NCBI RefSeq assembly: GCF_006345805.1
Contig: NC_043012.1
Coordinates: forward strand, 46,438,001-46,502,000
DNA length: 64,000 nucleotides
Reading direction: 5' to 3'
Origin: Octopus sinensis
Lineage: Eukaryota
Part shown: positions 24,985-38,500 of the stretch, in pieces
How the letters are laid out: each line of letters starts with the position of its first letter
Position numbering within the stretch: position 1 is the stretch's first letter
The notes under the pieces: model-generated
What the model was told of the DNA's origin: nothing
The model's input: the letters and a program-made list of their open reading frames with translations, nothing else
Databases searched by the model: none
Position numbers and translations under genes: made by a program

Positions 24985-26229
24985 GTAAACGTTCTATATA
25001 TGTATATAAATGATGGATTTGTACATATATAACACATAGAAATTAGGTGAATCGCAAACTTTTACCAGTGTAAAATGTATTCAGAAAAGAAATAGATAGA
25101 TACAGAGCTAGAGATATTAAATATGTATTTTGTGTAAATATGTATGTTTTAAAGAAAATAAAAGCAATGTAAAAAGAAATGGGCAACTAAGAAATCAATC
25201 TTGAATTCAATAACGTAAAATATGAAACATTAGAAATCAGACTATAACAGGAATTTAAGTAATATAAAAATTTAAGGAATGTGAATTAATCTCTGTGTGG
25301 TGTGTGTATGAGTGGGTTTATGTGTGCGGCTGTGTGCCCGCGTGCGTGTTTGCAGTTCTTTTTTAGAATATCTCAACGCACCGAAGCACACACGTAGACC
25401 TATAAATAATAGCATCTAAATATTGTGTTTCTGTGTGTGTGTGTGTGAGTGTGTGTGTGTGTGTGTGTGTGCTTGTGTGTGTGTGTGTGTGTGTTTACAC
25501 AGGCACATATGTGTCCAGATTATTACACATTTTTCATATAAAATTTTGCGTGCAAACATACAGATAACAACCGTTCGATTAAGTAAATACCTACGTATAA
25601 ATAGAAATTTAAGAACTTTTCTGATTAAAACATATGTATACGCTGATAAACTTCTGCGATTCTATCTTTATAATTGTAAGGGGTGTATTTCGTGTATGCG
25701 GCGGAGGTGTCAGTTTACTGTAAATATCTTGTATCAATATATATGCAAAATATTTCTCCATCAGTAGAAGAACACAATACACTTTTTTAAGTAATACAAA
25801 CCTTTCAATGAATTAAATTTAGATTTGTCTGAGGTGATGATTGTAATAATTTCTGTAGGAGTATGAGCAGAAAAATAAAAATATTGTTGTGACATATATA
25901 TTTCATGGGGGTTTCTTGTTGATGTTATTACTAATAAGTTTGAAAAGAAAACCATATTCATATTGTTAAAGTATATAAATAAAAGTTCAACAATAAAACT
26001 CTGATGTCAGGTGATACTATAGAAATAGTAATAATTTAATTTTTCTTTCATATAACTCTGAATGTCCACATTGTTTGGCAAACAATGGTTTACATCTGGT
26101 AAGGCTTAAAGCAGATGTATTGTTGTAAAATATAAGTGGCTCAATAACCGTATAGCAAAATATATTTCGTTTTGGGATTTGGTTTGCAAGATTCTTTATA
26201 TGAGTTCGTGTGTTGAAGCATATTCTTCT

Positions 26230-26374
26230 GTGTCTGGGGAGAGTCATTTTCTTTCTGTGCTTTATAATTTAACACACTCACCGCTAAAATTTCCACTTAT
26301 TTCCTAAGTGGAAATTTTACCGGTGTGTGTGTTAAATTATAAGTCAAAAAAAGAAAATGACTCTCCCCAGATAC
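26230..26374. mobile_element. ~145-bp hairpin MITE-like element (copy 1)
   Basis: gtgtctggggagagtcattttcttt ... aaagaaaatgactctccccagatac, with inner palindrome aaaatttccactta/taagtggaaatttt. Confidence 0.8.
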
Positions 26375-27645
26375 AACAATATATATATATATATGTAAAC
26401 GTTCTATATATGTATATAAATGATGGATTTGTACATATATAACACATAGAAATTAGGTGAATCGCAAACTTTTACCAGTGTAAAATGTATTCAGAAAAGA
26501 AATAGATAGATACAGAGCTAGAGATATTAAATATGTATTTTGTGTAAATATGTATGTTTTAAAGAAAATAAAAGCAATGTAAAAAGAAATGGGCAACTAA
26601 GAAATCAATCTTGAATTCAATAACGTAAAATATGAAACATTAGAAATCAGACTATAACAGGAATTTAAGTAATATAAAAATTTAAGGAATGTGAATTAAT
26701 CTCTGTGTGTGTGTGTGTATGAGTGGGTTTATGTGTGCGGCTGTGTGCCCGCGTGCGTGTTTGCAGTTCTTTTTTAGAATATCTCAACGCACCGAAGCAC
26801 ACACGTAGACCTATAAATAATAGCATCTAAATATTGTGTTTCTGTGTGTGTGTGTGTGAGTGTGTGTGTGTGTGTGTGTATGTGTGCTTGTTTGTGTGTG
26901 TGTGTGTGTTTACACAGGCACATATGTGTCCAGATTATTACACATTTTTCATATAAAATTTTGCGTGCAAACATACAGATAACAACCGTTCGATTAAGTA
27001 AATACCTACGTATAAATAGAAATTTAAGAAATTTTCTGATTAAAACATATGTATACGCTGATAAACTTCTGCGATTCTATCTTTATAATTGTAAGGGGTG
27101 TATTTCGTGTATGCGGCGGAGGTGTCAGTTTACTGTAAATATCTTTGTATCAATATATATGCAAAATATTTCTCCATCAGTAGAAGAACACAATACACTT
27201 TTTTAAGTAATACAAACCTTTCAATGAATTAAATTTAGATTTGTCTGAGGTGATGATTGTAATAATTTCTGTAGGAGTATGAGCAGAAAAATAAAAATAT
27301 TGTTGTGACATATATATTTCATGGGGGTTTCTTGTTGATGTTATTACTAATAAGTTTGAAAAGAAAACCATATTCATATTGTTAAAGTATATAAATAAAA
27401 GTTCAACAATAAAACTCTGATGTCAGGTGATACTATAGAAATAGTAATAATTTAATTTTTCTTTCATATAACTCTGAATGTCCACATTGTTTGGCAAACA
27501 ATGGTTTACATCTGGTAAGGCTTAAAGCAGATGTATTGTTGTAAAATATAAGTGGCTCAATAACCGTATAGCAAAATATATTTCGTTTTGGGATTTGGTT
27601 TGCAAGATTCTTTATATGAGTTCGTGTGTTGAAGCATATTCTTCT

Positions 27646-27788
27646 GTGTCTGGGGAGAGTCATTTTCTTTCTGTGCTTTATAATTTAACACACTCACCGC
27701 TAAAATTTCCACTTATTTCCTAAGTGGAAATTTTACCGGTGTGTGTGTTAAATTATAAGTCAAAAAAAGAAAATGACTCTCCCCAGAT

Positions 27789-27790
<2 letters not shown>
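27646..27790. mobile_element. ~145-bp hairpin MITE-like element (copy 2, in the duplication)
   Basis: Same sequence as 26230-26374. Confidence 0.8.
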
Positions 27791-27828
<38 letters not shown>

Positions 27829-30800
27829 GAGATGCACAATTACTCGTACACGTACATAAATATATACACACGCACATTCCCTTTATTGTTTTCAGCGGGT
27901 CCAGTGGAAATAACATTTTAGTTGAGACAAACATTCCACTCACGAGTATCTTGAGTTCAAGAGCGTATAAGCGAATCTGTGAAGAAGGTAGTGCCTACTC
28001 TTATTTTTGATGCTGTCTTTCCTGTTCCATACAGCGTCTATGCTGTCAGTCTCGATGTGTCTCCTTATATATACATACATACATTAATATATACTTCAAG
28101 AGTTGGTATCGGTACGATATGTTTATTTATTTTAGTAGTTATTGACTTTAAGTGTCCCACCTAGCGTGTGGTATTTATGTGTAATAATGCCCTCTATATA
28201 ATATAAATAAATATTTCAAGTGAAAAAAATTGATGGATTTTTTTCTCTTATGATAAATTCTTATGAAGATTTTATCCTATTTTTAAATTGTACATTAATA
28301 TATGTATATGCTTGTGTGTATGAGCGTGGACTTGTATGAAATGCCCATATGTACACGCATACGCACGCACACATGTGTACATACAGAAAATCGTACATAC
28401 TCTAAGGATGAGTACTAGGACACCAACACAACAACGTTCCACTGTTTTCTTATCTTGTGTATCAACGTGAGTAACCTTACATGAGAAAGGTAAACAAAAT
28501 GTCGAATAGGCTGGTTATGTCTCGAACTGATGTTGCAGGAAGAAGTGCAGTGTAAGGTAGAATATCTGCGATCTCGAAATAAGCAGCAGGAGCCCCCTTT
28601 TTCTACGTAGTGAAAGGTTGCTGAAAGTCCGCATTGATAAAATCAGTGATGGGTTTCCTATGGCTAAAAAAACCCAGTTTTGTGTATAATTTTGTGGTTT
28701 TTACTAAACGGTTCTCACTGGCATATATTTTTTCTTGAGTTTACACAATGTTTGCATACTTTATGAAGATCCTATAATTTAACTTGATTGATGAGTGTGA
28801 TACCTAAATAACATCGATATATTTGTTTCATAAATCATGTTTTGTCTTTCGTTTAGGGCTGTATATTCGTCCTATATGTGCGGTATGTACTTGTTATACT
28901 CTATTCTATAAACAAAAACAAAAGAAGATAGAAGAATATACATGTACTGCAAACATGTTTAAATCATTGAAAAGGCAAGTTATTAATGTGTAACGTAATC
29001 TGTGGAATAATGTAATCATATGGAATATGTTTTCTTTTGTAGGGAAAAACTGTGGAGAGATGGTAAAAAAAGAAACACCGTATTCGATTTCCGAGTAGTT
29101 GATTGCATATATGTCACCTGAACAGGGATAGTTTTATCGCTGTTGCCCATATCATCCATGCTTCAATAACTTCTGATACATTAGAAACTAGAGATAATAA
29201 TACATTTTTTAATTAAACACCCTATCAACTCACTCTTATTCCTGGCCCATTGAATAAAATAGAACAAGAACAAAAGGATGGCAATGAACCTGATATCCAC
29301 AATTGCATACGAATATTTGAAGAGTCAGTACAATAGGCAACAAACACTTGAGAATTTGCAAACGTTATTCATGGTTCCGGTAATATTTACCTCTTCAATA
29401 TTTTATATGGAAAACAAATTTAAAGAATTGGGCTTCCAATCTCCACAAATCTCAACAAATTTCTAAGAAAACATGATTCTGGACACTCTAAAGCCTAGAC
29501 CGTATTTTGCTACATAGGAATTGATATTAGATTTTTAAGAAAAATATTCAAGTGAATCACACGAAATAATATTTTTATTTTTTCCTTAACTTCATGTACC
29601 ATAGGACAGTTGGAAGAATTAATTAGCCTAGTAATTGAACATTTGTGAATGTAAAAATATGCATATATTTGCGTCTGCTTTCTTTTGCAATTGGTCTACC
29701 AACAAGACCCATAATATTACAAATCTATTAAAATTTATATATTAGCAGCGGAGGCAGTATCAATACCGAAAGGTAATGTTTATCCCAACGTAAACGTGGA
29801 TACCATGAAAGAAACAATCACATTGCCCTTTGGTGCAGACATGCACTCTTGTTGATATATCTCTTGTATGCACTTACTTGTCGAAACAGTTGATAATCGT
29901 CTCTGGACAGATACCAACTGCGTATCGATAGCGTACACATATCAGTTATATTTTACTCTGTCGGATTTCTTTATTAACTATATTTTCATATCTTTAAAAA
30001 TTAATTTAGACATATTCGCATGGAAGATAGCAGTAACTTAATTAACCTCATTTTGTATATACAGCAATTAGAACAGAAAACTCCTTTTATCAATAGATTA
30101 GGTGAATGAAATCACTAGCTATTTACCATTGCAGGAGGGTTTTAATATTCTGCATAAAATGCTACAGCTATCGTAATATAAGTAAAATTTTAACTATCCT
30201 ACATACAATAAACGATAAGCTTCCATAATATGATATTAGATAATCAACTAGCTATAACTGCATGGTGATATCTCTTGTCCAATGAAATAAATTTATTAAA
30301 TCAGACGGCATTTCCAATTATAGGAAAAGATCAGATTTGGTACTGTTATATTTACTTCATGCAATTTTCTCGTTTTCTTTTTATACTTTTTACACGCCAT
30401 ACTTTTTTTTCTAATCTCATTAATGTTTTAGTAAATACCTTTCCCAAGCCTGCTTTTCTTCACTTCATTGTAAAATATACATGCATATAAGTCTCCTTCT
30501 CCTTCTTTCTTTGTCTGTCTCTCTTTTACCGTGCCTCCCTTCGTTTGCACTATAATCACTTTTAACGTGTTTTTTTTTTAAACATATCTATTTTAATGGT
30601 TGATTTGAACAAACAAGCGCTGTGCTCCTTTTTTCCCCTTTAACATTTAGTTTAGATGTTTCCTCCGCTATCTTTTCCACGCTACTTTAAGTTTTAATGT
30701 CTTCTTTTCTGATTTATATATTCATGTTCTTCATACCGCTTTGTTTTTTTTTTTTTTTGCTTCTCTGAGTTTTCTGGTGTCAATCGAAATGCAAGATACT

Positions 30801-31937
30801 CTTTTCATTTTGTTAAATCTTCATTGTCTCATTGATTTCTGTTTCTAGCTCTTTTCATTGTCAATACATCTACTGCGTTATTAGTGGATATCATTATTTT
30901 TTACAAATATTTGCACAAGTAATACAATGGTTGATTCGATTTAGTAGATATACATTTCCTGTTCCTTATTGTCTCAGAGATAAGAGATATTAGGTTATAG
31001 ATTATTTCTAGATACTGTGATGTGTTTCCTATCGAAAATATCAGCGAACATCACATCTGAGTATTGTGTAAGGATTGCATTTTTACTTGCATATTTATTT
31101 TTATCTCTGTTCAGTTATCTGCGAGACTTTTGAAACAGCCAAATAGATAAACATGTTCTTTTGATATCTGGAATGACAGCCAAGGTTGAAGACGAGTTGT
31201 TTTGTTATACAACATCTTTGCAAGCCTTCATTCCACTTTTAGCACAAATATCAAAGAATATCTATCCATATGTGCATTACATATCTTGTCACAAGTATAT
31301 CGCGTATATTTCTGGCATTCAATTCAGACAGACCTAACAAACAACTAGTATACTCTGCACTATTAATTGATACTTAGCTGAACTATATTTTTCAACAGCT
31401 ATATTCCACTATAAACATTTTAAGTGGCATAGTAATGAAATGTTATGAACTTTATAATTTGGTTTTTGAAAACTAAAAACCTTTGAAAAATATTTTGCAA
31501 AGAAACCGTTATTTAACCGATATTATTAAACATAAGTTGCAGATGCAGCATTCTTCTATTTCTATCTTAATTTTTCAATAAAATGTTTGGTTTGGTTATT
31601 TATCATTTCTTCCTACATTTACACATTTCATATCACTACATCAATTCTTTTAATTATTTCGCGCTTTATACTGTAAGTGACTTATTGTATTTTCTTGTTT
31701 TTGTCTTACCACATTATTTATATGGTTCGGTTTTGTGTGTCATCACATCTTTACATCATAAAGTTTTCTAATTTCAATAAATACATTCATCAAAATACTG
31801 TAATTTTACGGACTATTAACCAAATCTTTACAGATAAATAGTTTTATAGTAATATATACACGACATTTTGAACGTTTTATCTTACATTACAGTCAGGTGT
31901 TTTACAACTTCTACTCCAGACACGCTCGCAGACACAG

Positions 31938-31968
<31 letters not shown>

Positions 31969-31972
<4 letters not shown>

Positions 31973-32196
31973 TAAAAACGTTAAGATAACAAAAGAAAAA
32001 AAGAGACCTTAATATTATGTAAATAGAGGAAATTTATCTATAAAATAATATGTTATAATTACTCAATAGTCAAGATAAAACTCTGAGTTTTTCAGATGGC
32101 CAGATAACCGAAGAGATGGTGTTGTGGATTTCCACTTCGGCATCTGAAACTCAGAGTTTTATCTTGACTATTGAGTAATTGTAATATATTATTTAT
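31969..32196. mobile_element. TA-embedded palindromic element of the 4822 family (full left arm, core, partial right arm)
   Basis: aattactcaatagtcaagataaaactctgag..cagatg mirrors catctgaaactcagagttttatcttgactattgagtaatt; begins right after (TA)n. Confidence 0.8.
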
Positions 32197-32214
32197 ATAT
32201 ATATATATATATAT

Positions 32215-35200
32215 ATAATTTCAACAACTGAGGGTAAAATTAATTAATTAATCAATTTCACCAAGTATTCAGTATGCAAAGGGACCATTTAAGGCGAATT
32301 CTAATTATTACATTATATAAAAGGGCTTAGTAAAATAAATTACTTTGCCGCATACTGAACTCATTAGAAATAGCAGCCAAAAAAAAAACTTTTCTGAAAC
32401 TATTTCTAATACTTAAAGAAAACCTCTCTCATATAGTGTTTGCTCAATTCAACTCACAGAAGTATGGGGGTAGAGACATTAAAAAATCAAATGCAAAGGT
32501 TATTTGAGAACGTACGTTTCAAGATTAGTCAAACTCGACATTTCTATCATCAGCTCAGAACTCCCTGGTTTGGATTTGAAAACACTGAAAGTGGGAGCAT
32601 ACCCTTTCGGCTTCTTCTCGCTTCTGAAGATCTGCTTGACACTAACAGTGCCAACAAACTCAAAAATGCAAGCGAAGAATTTCTGCTCTCCCCTTTCCAC
32701 CAGCGTGGGTTAAAATCAGTAAACACTATGCTTTTTTCGGTAAAATCCAAGGCATTATATAGAGAGAGATGAATTATAATTTCAACAATTGAGGGTAAAA
32801 TTAATTAATTAATCAATTTCACCAAGTATTCAGTATGCAAAGGGACCATTTAAGGCGAATTCTAATTATTACATATATAAAAGGGCTTAGTAAAATAAAT
32901 TACTTTGCCGCATACTGAACTCATTAGAAATAGCAGCCAAAAAAAAAAACTTTTCTGAAACTATTTCTAATACTTAAGAAAACCTCTCTCATATAGTGTT
33001 TGCTCAATTCAACTCACGGAAGTATGGGGGTAGAGACATTAAAAAATCAAATGCAAAGGTTATTTGAGAACGTACGTTTCAAGATTAGTCAAACTCGACA
33101 TTTCTATCATCAGCTCAGAACTCCCTTGTTTGGATTTGAAAACACTGAAAGTGGAGCATACCCTTTCGGCTTCTTCTCGCTTCTGAAGATCTGCTCGACA
33201 CTAACAGTGCCAACAAACTCAAAAATGCAAGCGAAGAATTTCTGCTCTCCTCCCCTTTCCACCAGCGTGGGTTAAAATCAGTAAACACTATGCTTTTTTC
33301 GGTAAAATCCAAGGCATTATATAGAGAGAGATGAATTATAATTTCAACAATTGAGGGTAAAATTAATTAATTAATCAATTTCACCAAGTATTCAGTATGC
33401 AAAGGGACCATTTAAGGCGAATTCAAATTATTACATTATATAAAAGGGCTTAGTAAAATAAATTACTTTGCCGCATACTGAACTCATTAGAAATAGCAGC
33501 CAAAAAAAAAAACTTTTCTGAAACTATTTCTAATACTTAATGCATTTTTGAGTTTGTTGGCACTGTTAGTGTCGAGCAGATCTTCAGAAGCGAGAAGAAG
33601 CCGAAAGGGTATGCTCCCACTTTCAGTGTTTTCAAATCCAAACCAGGGAGTTCTGAGCTGATGATAGAAATGTCGAGTTTGACTAATCTTGAAACGTACG
33701 TTCTCAAATAACCTTTGCATTTGATTTTTTAATGTCTCTACCCCCATACTTCCGTGAGTTGAATTGAGCAAACACTATATGAGAGAGGTTTTCTTTAAGT
33801 ATTAGAAATAGTTTCAGAAAAGTTTTTTTTTTTGGCTGCTATTTCTAATGAGTTCAGTATGCGGCAAAGTAATTTATTTTACTAAGCCCTTTTATATAAT
33901 GTAATAATTTGAATTCGCCTTAAATGGTCCCTTTGCATACTGAATACTTGGTGAAATTGATTAATTAATTAATTTTACCCTCAATTGTTGAAATTATAAT
34001 TCATCTCTCTCTATATAATGCCTTGGATTTTACCGAAAAAAGCATAGTGTTTACTGATTTTAACCCACGCTGGTGGAAAGGGGAGAGCAGAAATTCTTCG
34101 CTTGCATTTTTGAGTTTGTTGGCACTGTTAGTGTCGAGCAGACCTTCAGAAGCGAGAAGAAGCCGAAAGGGTATGCTCCCACTTTCAGTGTTTTCAAATC
34201 CAAACCAGGGAGTTCTGAGCTGATGATAGAAATGTCGAGTTTGACTAATCTTGAAACGTACGTTCTCAAATAACCTTTGCATTTGATTTTTTAATGTCTC
34301 TACCCCCATACTTCCGTGAGTTGAATTGAGCAAACACTATATGAGAGAGGTTTTCTTTAAGTATTAGAAATAGTTTCAGAAAAGTTTTTTTTTTTTTTGG
34401 CTGCTATTTCTAATGAGTTCAGTATGCGGCAAAGTAATTTATTTTACTAAGCCCTTTTATATAATGTAATAATTTGAATTCGCCTTAAATGGTCCCTTTG
34501 CATACTGAATACTTGGTGAAATTGATTAATTAATTAATTTTACCCTCAATTGTTGAAATTATAATTCATCTCTCTCTATATAATGCCTTGGATTTTACCG
34601 AAAAAAGCATAGTGTTTACTGATTTTAACCCACGCTGGTGGAAAGGGGAGAGCAGAAATTCTTCGCTTGCATTTTTGAGTTTGTTGGCACTGTTAGTGTC
34701 GAGCAGATCTTCAGAAGCGAGAAGAAGCCGAAAGGGTATGCTCCCACTTTCAGTGTTTTCAAATCCAAACCAGGGAGTTCTGAGCTGATGATAGAAATGT
34801 CGAGTTTGACTAATCTTGAAACGTACGTTCTCAAATAACCTTTGCATTTGATTTTTTAATGTCTCTACCCCCATACTTCCGTGAGTTGAATTGAGCAAAC
34901 ACTATATGAGAGAGGTTTTCTTTAAGTATTAGAAATAGTTTCAGAAAAGTTTTTTTTTGGCTGCTATTTCTAATGAGTTCAGTATGCGGCAAAGTAATTT
35001 ATTTTACTAAGCCCTTTTATATAATGTAATAATTTGAATTCGCCTTAAATGGTCCCTTTGCATACTGAATACTTGGTGAAATTGATTATTAATTAATTTT
35101 ACCCTCAATTGTTGAAATTATAATTCATCTCTCTCTATATAATGCCTTGGATTTTACCGAAAAAAGCATAGTGTTTACTGATTTTAACCCACGCTGGTGG

Positions 35201-35562
35201 AAAGGGGAGAGCAGAAATTCTTCGCTTGCATTTTTGAGTTTGTTGGCACTGTTAGTGTCGAGCAGATCTTCAGAAGCGAGAAGAAGCCGAAAGGGTATGC
35301 TCCCACTTTCAGTGTTTTCAAATCCAAACCAGGGAGTTCTGAGCTGAGGATAGAAATGTCGAGTTTGACTAATCTTGAAACGTACGTTCTCAAATAACCT
35401 TTGCATTTGATTTTTTAATGTCTCTACCCCCATACTTCCGTGAGTTGAATTGAGCAAACACTATATGAGAGAGGTTTCAGAAAAGTTTTTTTTTTGGCTG
35501 CTATTTCTAATGAGTTCAGTATGCGGCAAAGTAATTTATTTTACTAAGCCCTTTTATATAAT
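32215..35562. repeat. Fold-back tandem array of ~560-bp units (about 2.4 forward units, then about 3.6 inverted units)
   Basis: Forward units start about 32215, 32776 and 33337; orientation flips at 33540/33541; identical 110-aa ORFs recur on opposite strands; both ends meet (TA)n. Confidence 0.95.
33651..33707 (+). ncRNA. Hammerhead-like motif, one per unit (also + 34213-34269, 34778-34834, 35337-35393; - 32504-32560, 33064-33120)
   Basis: UGAG-CUGAUGA-U-AGA..GUC/GAC..UCU-U-GAAA-CGUACG-UU/CUCA: complete core, palindromic stem III, 4-bp stem I; stem II opens with a non-canonical U.U pair. Confidence 0.55.
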
Positions 35563-38500
35563 ATATATATATATATATATACGTGTATGTATGTATGTGT
35601 GTAGGTATTTATGTATGTATGTATGTATATGTGTATTTATGCATGTATGCATGTATGCATCTATTCATTTGTATATACATACATACTTACATACATACGT
35701 ACATACAGACAGACAGACAGATGGTCAGGCAGAAAGACATGCATGAATATACATATGAATCATATATTCATACATACATTCGTGCAAAGATACGTAAGCA
35801 CATATTCGTATTATTACACGAATTGATTTTAACGAGAAAATAATTTTTATGAATTAGGACATAAAAAAGAAGCATTCTGAGATATATCGGTTCGTAATTC
35901 GAATCATGTTCGGTACTATTTGCATATCCAGGGGATAATCGCTTTTGTACTAATCACCAGGGGACAATCGCTTTTGTACTAATCACAAAGTGGTGTCCAT
36001 AAAAATATTGATTTCACATAGCTAGAAGTCCGCAGTGTAGTCTAATATACCGACTCCTTTAAATCTGCAGTGTTAATTCATTAAACGTAGAAGAATGAAA
36101 GACAAAAATGACCTTGAAGGAAATCAAATTCAAAGCATCAGGTTTTGATTGCCATTCTACCAATTCCAACAATTCTGTTAATCTGTCACCTTAAAAATTG
36201 AATATTAAAATTTTCCTTCTGTGAAAAGGATACTTCACAATTGTACTAACAATAACTAGCCTCTGACATTGAAAAATTCAGTAAATATTTGTTTATCGCC
36301 CAATACTTTCTATATACATAATATTAGAGTTTTGAAACTGATTTCTTTCTTTTCCGATGCTGGGGTTATTGATTATATTTATTATTGCCATCAGACATAC
36401 GTCTCCCCCAAAACACATCGCAATATTTAAACATAATATCAACATGTTCGGCAAGAATTTCACTGAAATCAATTTGATAATATTTTCTGCATGCATTATA
36501 GATGTAAATTTAGCTCTAATTTCTATGATAATTTACCCATTGGACTGAGAAATCGTTTCGAAATTTTTCTTATGATTTTACGAAGAGGAATGAGTTGTGA
36601 TTATGGCTTCGCTGTGGTCCTTCAATATCGCTGTGCATGACGCGATTGTTCTTTGTCGACGACTGCAAAACAAAAATAATAATAAAATGGTAGAGATCAT
36701 ATTATGATGACTACAAAGGTTAGCTGGTTAGATTGGCACCAAAAAAGCAGGTTGGATACAATAGGGCTGATTCAGAAATAAAAATGATAAGGGTGTAGGC
36801 GTTACCAGAGATCACTCACATTTACCACGGCCATTACATTAACGACAGATGAAAAGGTGAAAATCAGAAGGATGTGTACCTTTAAATGTCATCTAGGGTA
36901 TATGTGCGTAAATTACACAGCAATTCGTGTGTTATAGTTGATGTTTATACTAGATCAATAACTGCTTGATATATTTGTTCATTAAAACAAATGCTTGCTT
37001 GTGAGCATTATAGTGTTTTAGCTTATATCCCGCTGAAAAAAAATCATTATCTTTGGCCACTCCGACTTTAATAAAATGATGTAATTGAATCAGTTCAGTG
37101 AATATGTCAGACAATTATTGATACCTACTTTGGCATGGCTTGATTATATTGATTGTCCAGAAGGAAACAAAGAGAGTATTATATTTTTCCATATTTGGAA
37201 GAATATGATAATGATGATGTCACGAAATTAGTCACCCAATTCTTGCATAATTTAAAAGAATATTGTTCTTGATCAGTGAAATGACTTCAGCAACGGTCAA
37301 GATAATAAAATAAATACTAAATATATATCAGGGCCTGCATCTGTAACTAGAATGAGGATGCTTCTACTGCGCCTCCCTATCTAGATTCGAGTCTCCATGT
37401 TATAGTGTGTTGTTATAGTGTCTTCCGAAATCCCTAAATGAACTACATACAACTGTAACTATACAAGCTTTCCTGGATTTGACGTATCAAATATCAAATT
37501 ATCTAATGTATCGTTTCTTGCGACTGTAGAATCAGATTTTGGGAGCATTTGGTTGTTATTTCTAGCAGGTCATATAGATATTTTTTATGTTTCCTTTTTC
37601 TATCGTCTTTTGAATTTCGTTGGTTCTGGTTAATGATGTACCATCCGTATATCCAAATTCCTTTAGACTTCAGTAGTTGAAAATTTGATACCAGCCCTGG
37701 CATTTCTTTTAATGCATCGTTAATGATCGATTTTGTGGTGATAATCGACAGGGTCATTTATGAGACCTACATACGAAAATCAATGACAAAATTAATATCC
37801 GCTGGCTACTGTTTCTTAGTGACGTACAATAATCATTTACCACCTTCTTATTCACGGATGCTTTATGTACAACGTGTGTTATTTAGTATATTTTTCGTAT
37901 TACAATCCATGAAATCTGTGCTTGGTTGCTACTACAGAACGGTGTGTATAGTTGGTACTCTTATTATCATCATTATTTCTGAATTAGTATATGCTAGTGG
38001 TTTGTATAATAACTCATAGAACTGGAGAACAGTGCTACCGTGTACGATAGAATTACGATTATAAGTCTTATATAAGTTACATTCATAGCAGAATCGCTTG
38101 TGCCATTGACATTTGTTCAGGTAAGATGATTCTTCAGGATTAGTACGAAATGTTCACATGTCTCATATATTTTCTGGAAATATTATCGTCTCACTATTCA
38201 TTAAAAAGCTGGAGGTAACCAGCCTCGTTATTCACAATTTCACATTAATGAAGCCCTTATTTGTGATTCGATTATGAAATGAGAAGTGAATTGTAAATAA
38301 CACATGTTTATGAGGTGTACAGGTATACATTTAATAAACATACCGTACAATAATCTGTTCACAGTTCGTTTTGAGATTTTGTAATTCCAGTTGAAAGTCC
38401 TATGAAAAAAAGGTAAATTCTATATTCTGGAAATTGTGGAGATTCATTTAAAAAAAAACATTATATCTAATTAAACAATAACAGTAATTCTGCAAATGCA

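Larger units (their letters stand above)
24985..27796 (+). repeat. Near-identical 1.41-kb direct tandem duplication bounded by (TA)n tracts
   Basis: 24985-26380 is repeated at 26395-27796; duplicate ORFs at 25423/26844, 25761/27177 and 26017/27433. Confidence 0.95.

Noticed and set aside
30500-31400. Possible Helitron helicase motif remnant
   Set aside because: Only a loose short resemblance amid many stops.
32440-35457. Repeated 110-aa, 66-aa and 69-aa ORFs in the array
   Set aside because: They overlap on both strands, have no recognisable domain, and unit 2 is frameshifted; their recurrence only reflects near-identical units.
32215-35562. CRISPR-like or rDNA-like array
   Set aside because: Units are ~560 bp with no unique spacers, no cas genes and no rRNA motifs.
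35929-35985. 28-29-bp tandem duplication (similar: 24 bp at 56967-57014)
   Set aside because: Ordinary slippage duplications with no further structure.
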